From: Raphidiopsis brookii D9
Lineage (GTDB): Bacteria > Cyanobacteriota > Cyanobacteriia > Cyanobacteriales > Nostocaceae
Direction: 5' to 3'
Length of the DNA stretch: 32,000 bases
Assembly: GCA_000175855.1 (NCBI GenBank)
Contig: ACYB01000042.1
Location: 30,001-62,000 of the forward strand
The translations under genes were made by a program, and so were the position numbers. A model generated the notes under the pieces. It was not told the DNA's origin, searched no databases, and saw nothing but the letters and a program-made list of their open reading frames with translations. Shown piece after piece: positions 29,449 to 32,000 of the stretch; the first letter of the stretch is position 1, and every line of letters begins with the position of its first letter.

Positions 29449-29721
29449 AGTATTAATATTACTCACGACCAGCGTTTTGACGGTAAAAGTACTTATACTT
29501 TTGCCAAACTCTGGAAACTGGCTAGTGAAACAATTATCGTCTACTCGGATAAACCGCTGGGTTCATCAATTAGGTTAGGATTTATTATTTCTGTTCACAT
29601 AGCAGTTTTTTGTAATGTTGCAGGTGGAACAGAAGGGATTATGATTAATGATTTTTCCGGATTAGCGTTTAGCATACTAAGTCCGGTAGAGCCGAAAAAA
29701 CTTTGTGCGATCGCAGTTTAA
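29449..29721 (+). pseudogene. C-terminal remnant of a family 2 glycosyltransferase (GtrB/DPM1-like)
   Basis: Open frame reads HDQRFDGKSTYTFAKLWKLASETIIVYSDKPLGSSIRLGFIISV, resembling the C-terminal membrane-anchor region of these GT2 proteins; no catalytic domain. Confidence 0.6.
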
Positions 29722-29780
29722 GGGAGTGGATTAAGAAAAAAGTAATTAACCCACTATTTTCCCGTGTTTTATATATCAGT

Positions 29781-30829
29781 CTAATTTTGAGTTTGATGCT
29801 GTAAAAAGCGATTCTCTGCCAGCTGTTTTGATGCAGTTAATGGAGGAACATTATATTCTTTAGAAATGGCAAATACCTGTTTTAAAGTATTATATATATT
29901 CCTGACCCTTGCCAAGGAACTTTCTTCACTTAGACCTATCATGCCATCGTAAACATTGATTAAACCTCCAGCATTAATTACATAATCTGGACAATAGACT
30001 ATATTTCTATCTGCTAATAGCTGACTATCTAATTCCTCATTCTCTAATTGATTGTTGGCTGCTCCTGCAATAATATTAGCTTGCAATTTGGGAATGGTGC
30101 GACTATTAATTATTCCTCCTAAAGCACAGGGAGCAAATATATCAACATCTAATTCATAAATTTCTTCCACATCTACAATATTTACCGGATATAACCTCTC
30201 AACTTCTGCCAGTTTATGATTAGATATATCACTGACAAAAATTTCCACTTCCTGGTGGGATAAAATTTCGCAAAGGTTTTTACCCACGTTGCCTACTCCT
30301 TGAATAGCCACTTTTAAACCCTGGAGATTTTTCTTTCCCCAGTAGAAATCTACTGCTGCTTTCATCCCTGCTTCTACTCCCACTGCGGTAGGATAGCTAG
30401 AACCACCGTATGTGGATATTAAGCCAACCATGTAGGGTGTTTTTCACCTATTTTATGGGCATCTTCCCAGGAAATATTTACATCTTGTCCAGTAATAAAA
30501 CTCCCTCTAAAACTATTGATAAAACTCCCGTATGCACTAAATAACTTATTATTTTTCTGTTCTGGATCGGCTATAATTACTGCTTTACCACCACCCATGG
30601 GAATATTGGCACAAGCTGCTTTATAGGTCATGGAATAACTCAAGCGCAGGGCATCCTTGAGAGCATCTTCTTCTGTGGAATATGGCAATAATCTTGTCCC
30701 CCCTAGGGCTACCCCCGAACCTAAATTAGTATTGTGGATGGCGACAATAGCTTTCAATCCTGATTCCTGGTCATAACAGAATGTTACTTGCTTGTGTCCC
30801 ATTTCAGCAATTTTTAAAAATATTTCCAT
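29781..30829 (-). pseudogene. scyB: Leucine dehydrogenase-family protein, ScyB-like, with a one-base frameshift
   Basis: N-terminal ORF: GLKAIVAIHNTNLGSGVALGGTRLLPY...YKAACANIPMGGGKAVI...FITGQDVNISWEDAHKIGEK. C-terminal ORF: YMVGLISTYGGSSYPTAVGVEAGMKAAV...GLKVAIQGVGNVGKNLCEIL. The junction is a T5 (+ strand) at 30440-30444. The scyB name rests on the adjacent scyA-like gene. Confidence 0.75.
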
Positions 30830-30876
30830 GGTATTTCCCTCCGTGGATTAACATCTAAAGCTCCCCTAATTGTGTT

Positions 30877-32000
30877 TTATTTCAAAATTTGAGTAAATAG
30901 GGTTTTTAGTCTTTGTAAAGCTGGTGAAATATCATCTGCAGAAATTCTCACATCTAAAATGCTAAAATTTTCACTTTCTTTGGCTATACTTAAGGCTCTT
31001 CTGAGTTCTAATCCTGTACGAATTACAAAGCCATTGCCTCCCAAAACTTTAGCCAAATCACCATAGTCAATTGTACTAATATTTAGGAATTCCGCATTCT
31101 CATGTCCCATAGCCCTTAAGGAAGCAAATGAACTATTATTAATAATAATTACTATGGGGTTCATTCCCAGTCTTTTAGCTGTTAATAGTTCCATTCCTGT
31201 CATTTGGAATGCACCATCACCTACTAATGCCAACACCCGACGAAAGGGATCCGCTAATTGGGCACCTATTATTGCCGGAATGGCAAAACCCATGCTGGCA
31301 TAAAAAGCAGGAGCTAAATAGCTTGTTCCCTGTTTGGTTTGAATATCATCTGCTGCAAATAAACTGTCTCCTACATCTGTGATCATTATGGTTTTATGAT
31401 CAATGAATTGATTAATTTCATAAATTAATCCACCCATAGATATATTATCTACGTTCTCCTCCACTCGCGGGTGCATCCTATAAGTATTTGGGAATTGAAA
31501 ATGTGGTAAATGGGGATTTTTTAATAGTCCCGTAATGAAGTCGATAAATAAAATGTTCTGATATTCATGATGTTTAATGGCAATCCGTTCTGAAGTGGCA
31601 GATATGGTATGTTTTTGGTTAATATGGGCGGTAAACATTCCTAGGTTAATATCTGTCATGAATACCCCTAACATTAATAAACAGTCGGATTCTTCCACTA
31701 TTTTGTTAATATTTTTGTCTCCCGCTTCACCATTGTAAATGCCTAGATATTGGGGATGGGTTTCAGGAAACACTGATTTTCCCAACATGGTGGCACAAAT
31801 CGGTACACCCAATTTTTCTGCAAGTGCTAACAGTTGTACTTGTAACCCAAAACGATGTACTTCCACACCCGCTACAATTACTGGTGATTTGGCTTTTTCT
31901 AGTATTTCTAATGTTTCCGATACGGCCTCGTTTAAGCTATCTATATCCGTGTGCTTTACTGGTACTCTTTCATAATCCACTTCCGGTAACTCCGCGTACA
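30877..32000 (-). CDS. scyA: Thiamine diphosphate-dependent enzyme (acetolactate synthase/indolepyruvate decarboxylase-like), ScyA-like; 5' end beyond the window
   Basis: GDGAFQMTGMELLTAKRLGMNPIVIIINN ThDP motif, ITDVGDSLFAADDI; 47 nt upstream of the LeuDH-family gene. Frame stays open to base 32000 (..YAELPEVDYERVPVKHTDID). Confidence 0.75.
   Translation of the reverse strand, partial: YAELPEVDYERVPVKHTDIDSLNEAVSETLEILEKAKSPVIVAGVEVHRFGLQVQLLALAEKLGVPICATMLGKSVFPETHPQYLGIYNGEAGDKNINKIVEESDCLLMLGVFMTDINLGMFTAHINQKHTISATSERIAIKHHEYQNILFIDFITGLLKNPHLPHFQFPNTYRMHPRVEENVDNISMGGLIYEINQFIDHKTIMITDVGDSLFAADDIQTKQGTSYLAPAFYASMGFAIPAIIGAQLADPFRRVLALVGDGAFQMTGMELLTAKRLGMNPIVIIINNSSFASLRAMGHENAEFLNISTIDYGDLAKVLGGNGFVIRTGLELRRALSIAKESENFSILDVRISADDISPALQRLKTLFTQILK

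Noticed and set aside
1-32000. CRISPR array, tRNA/rRNA, or defence island
   Set aside because: No regularly spaced repeats, no tRNA-like cloverleaf or rRNA sequence noticed, and no nuclease/NTPase/TA gene grouping beyond the edge nurA-like gene.

Overview
This is a 32 kb cyanobacterial window; HIP1 GCGATCGC octamers recur at about 6.39, 8.61, 11.28, 14.01, 14.91, 18.76, 20.87, 27.24 and 29.71 kb. Most of it is a large Wzy-type extracellular polysaccharide locus on the + strand. It contains a Wzc/BY-kinase-like chain-length protein, a Wzy-like polymerase candidate, about nine GT4/GT2 glycosyltransferases, a polysaccharide pyruvyltransferase-family protein, AsnB, a NodU/CmcH-type carbamoyltransferase and several SAM-methyltransferase pieces. 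It is flanked on the - strand by a NurA-like nuclease and a HAD hydrolase at the left edge. At the right edge is a ThDP-enzyme/leucine-dehydrogenase pair resembling the first two scytonemin genes (scyA, scyB). A complete IS630-family element (10191-11209, TA-flanked, 31-bp imperfect TIRs) carries a transposase split at an A9 slippery run. The strongest signal is widespread gene fragmentation. I count about ten single-base indels, nearly all at homopolymers, in nurA, a SAM methyltransferase, four glycosyltransferases and scyB. There are also clearly truncated gene remnants (15.1, 18.5, 24.2, 27.4 and 29.5 kb) that simple base-calling errors cannot explain. I found no CRISPR array, tRNA or rRNA, and no convincing new defence-type system. 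The best candidates for undescribed biology are the exported two-protein module downstream of the Wzc-like gene, the frame-compensated glycosyltransferase, and the sunscreen-gene/EPS-locus junction.
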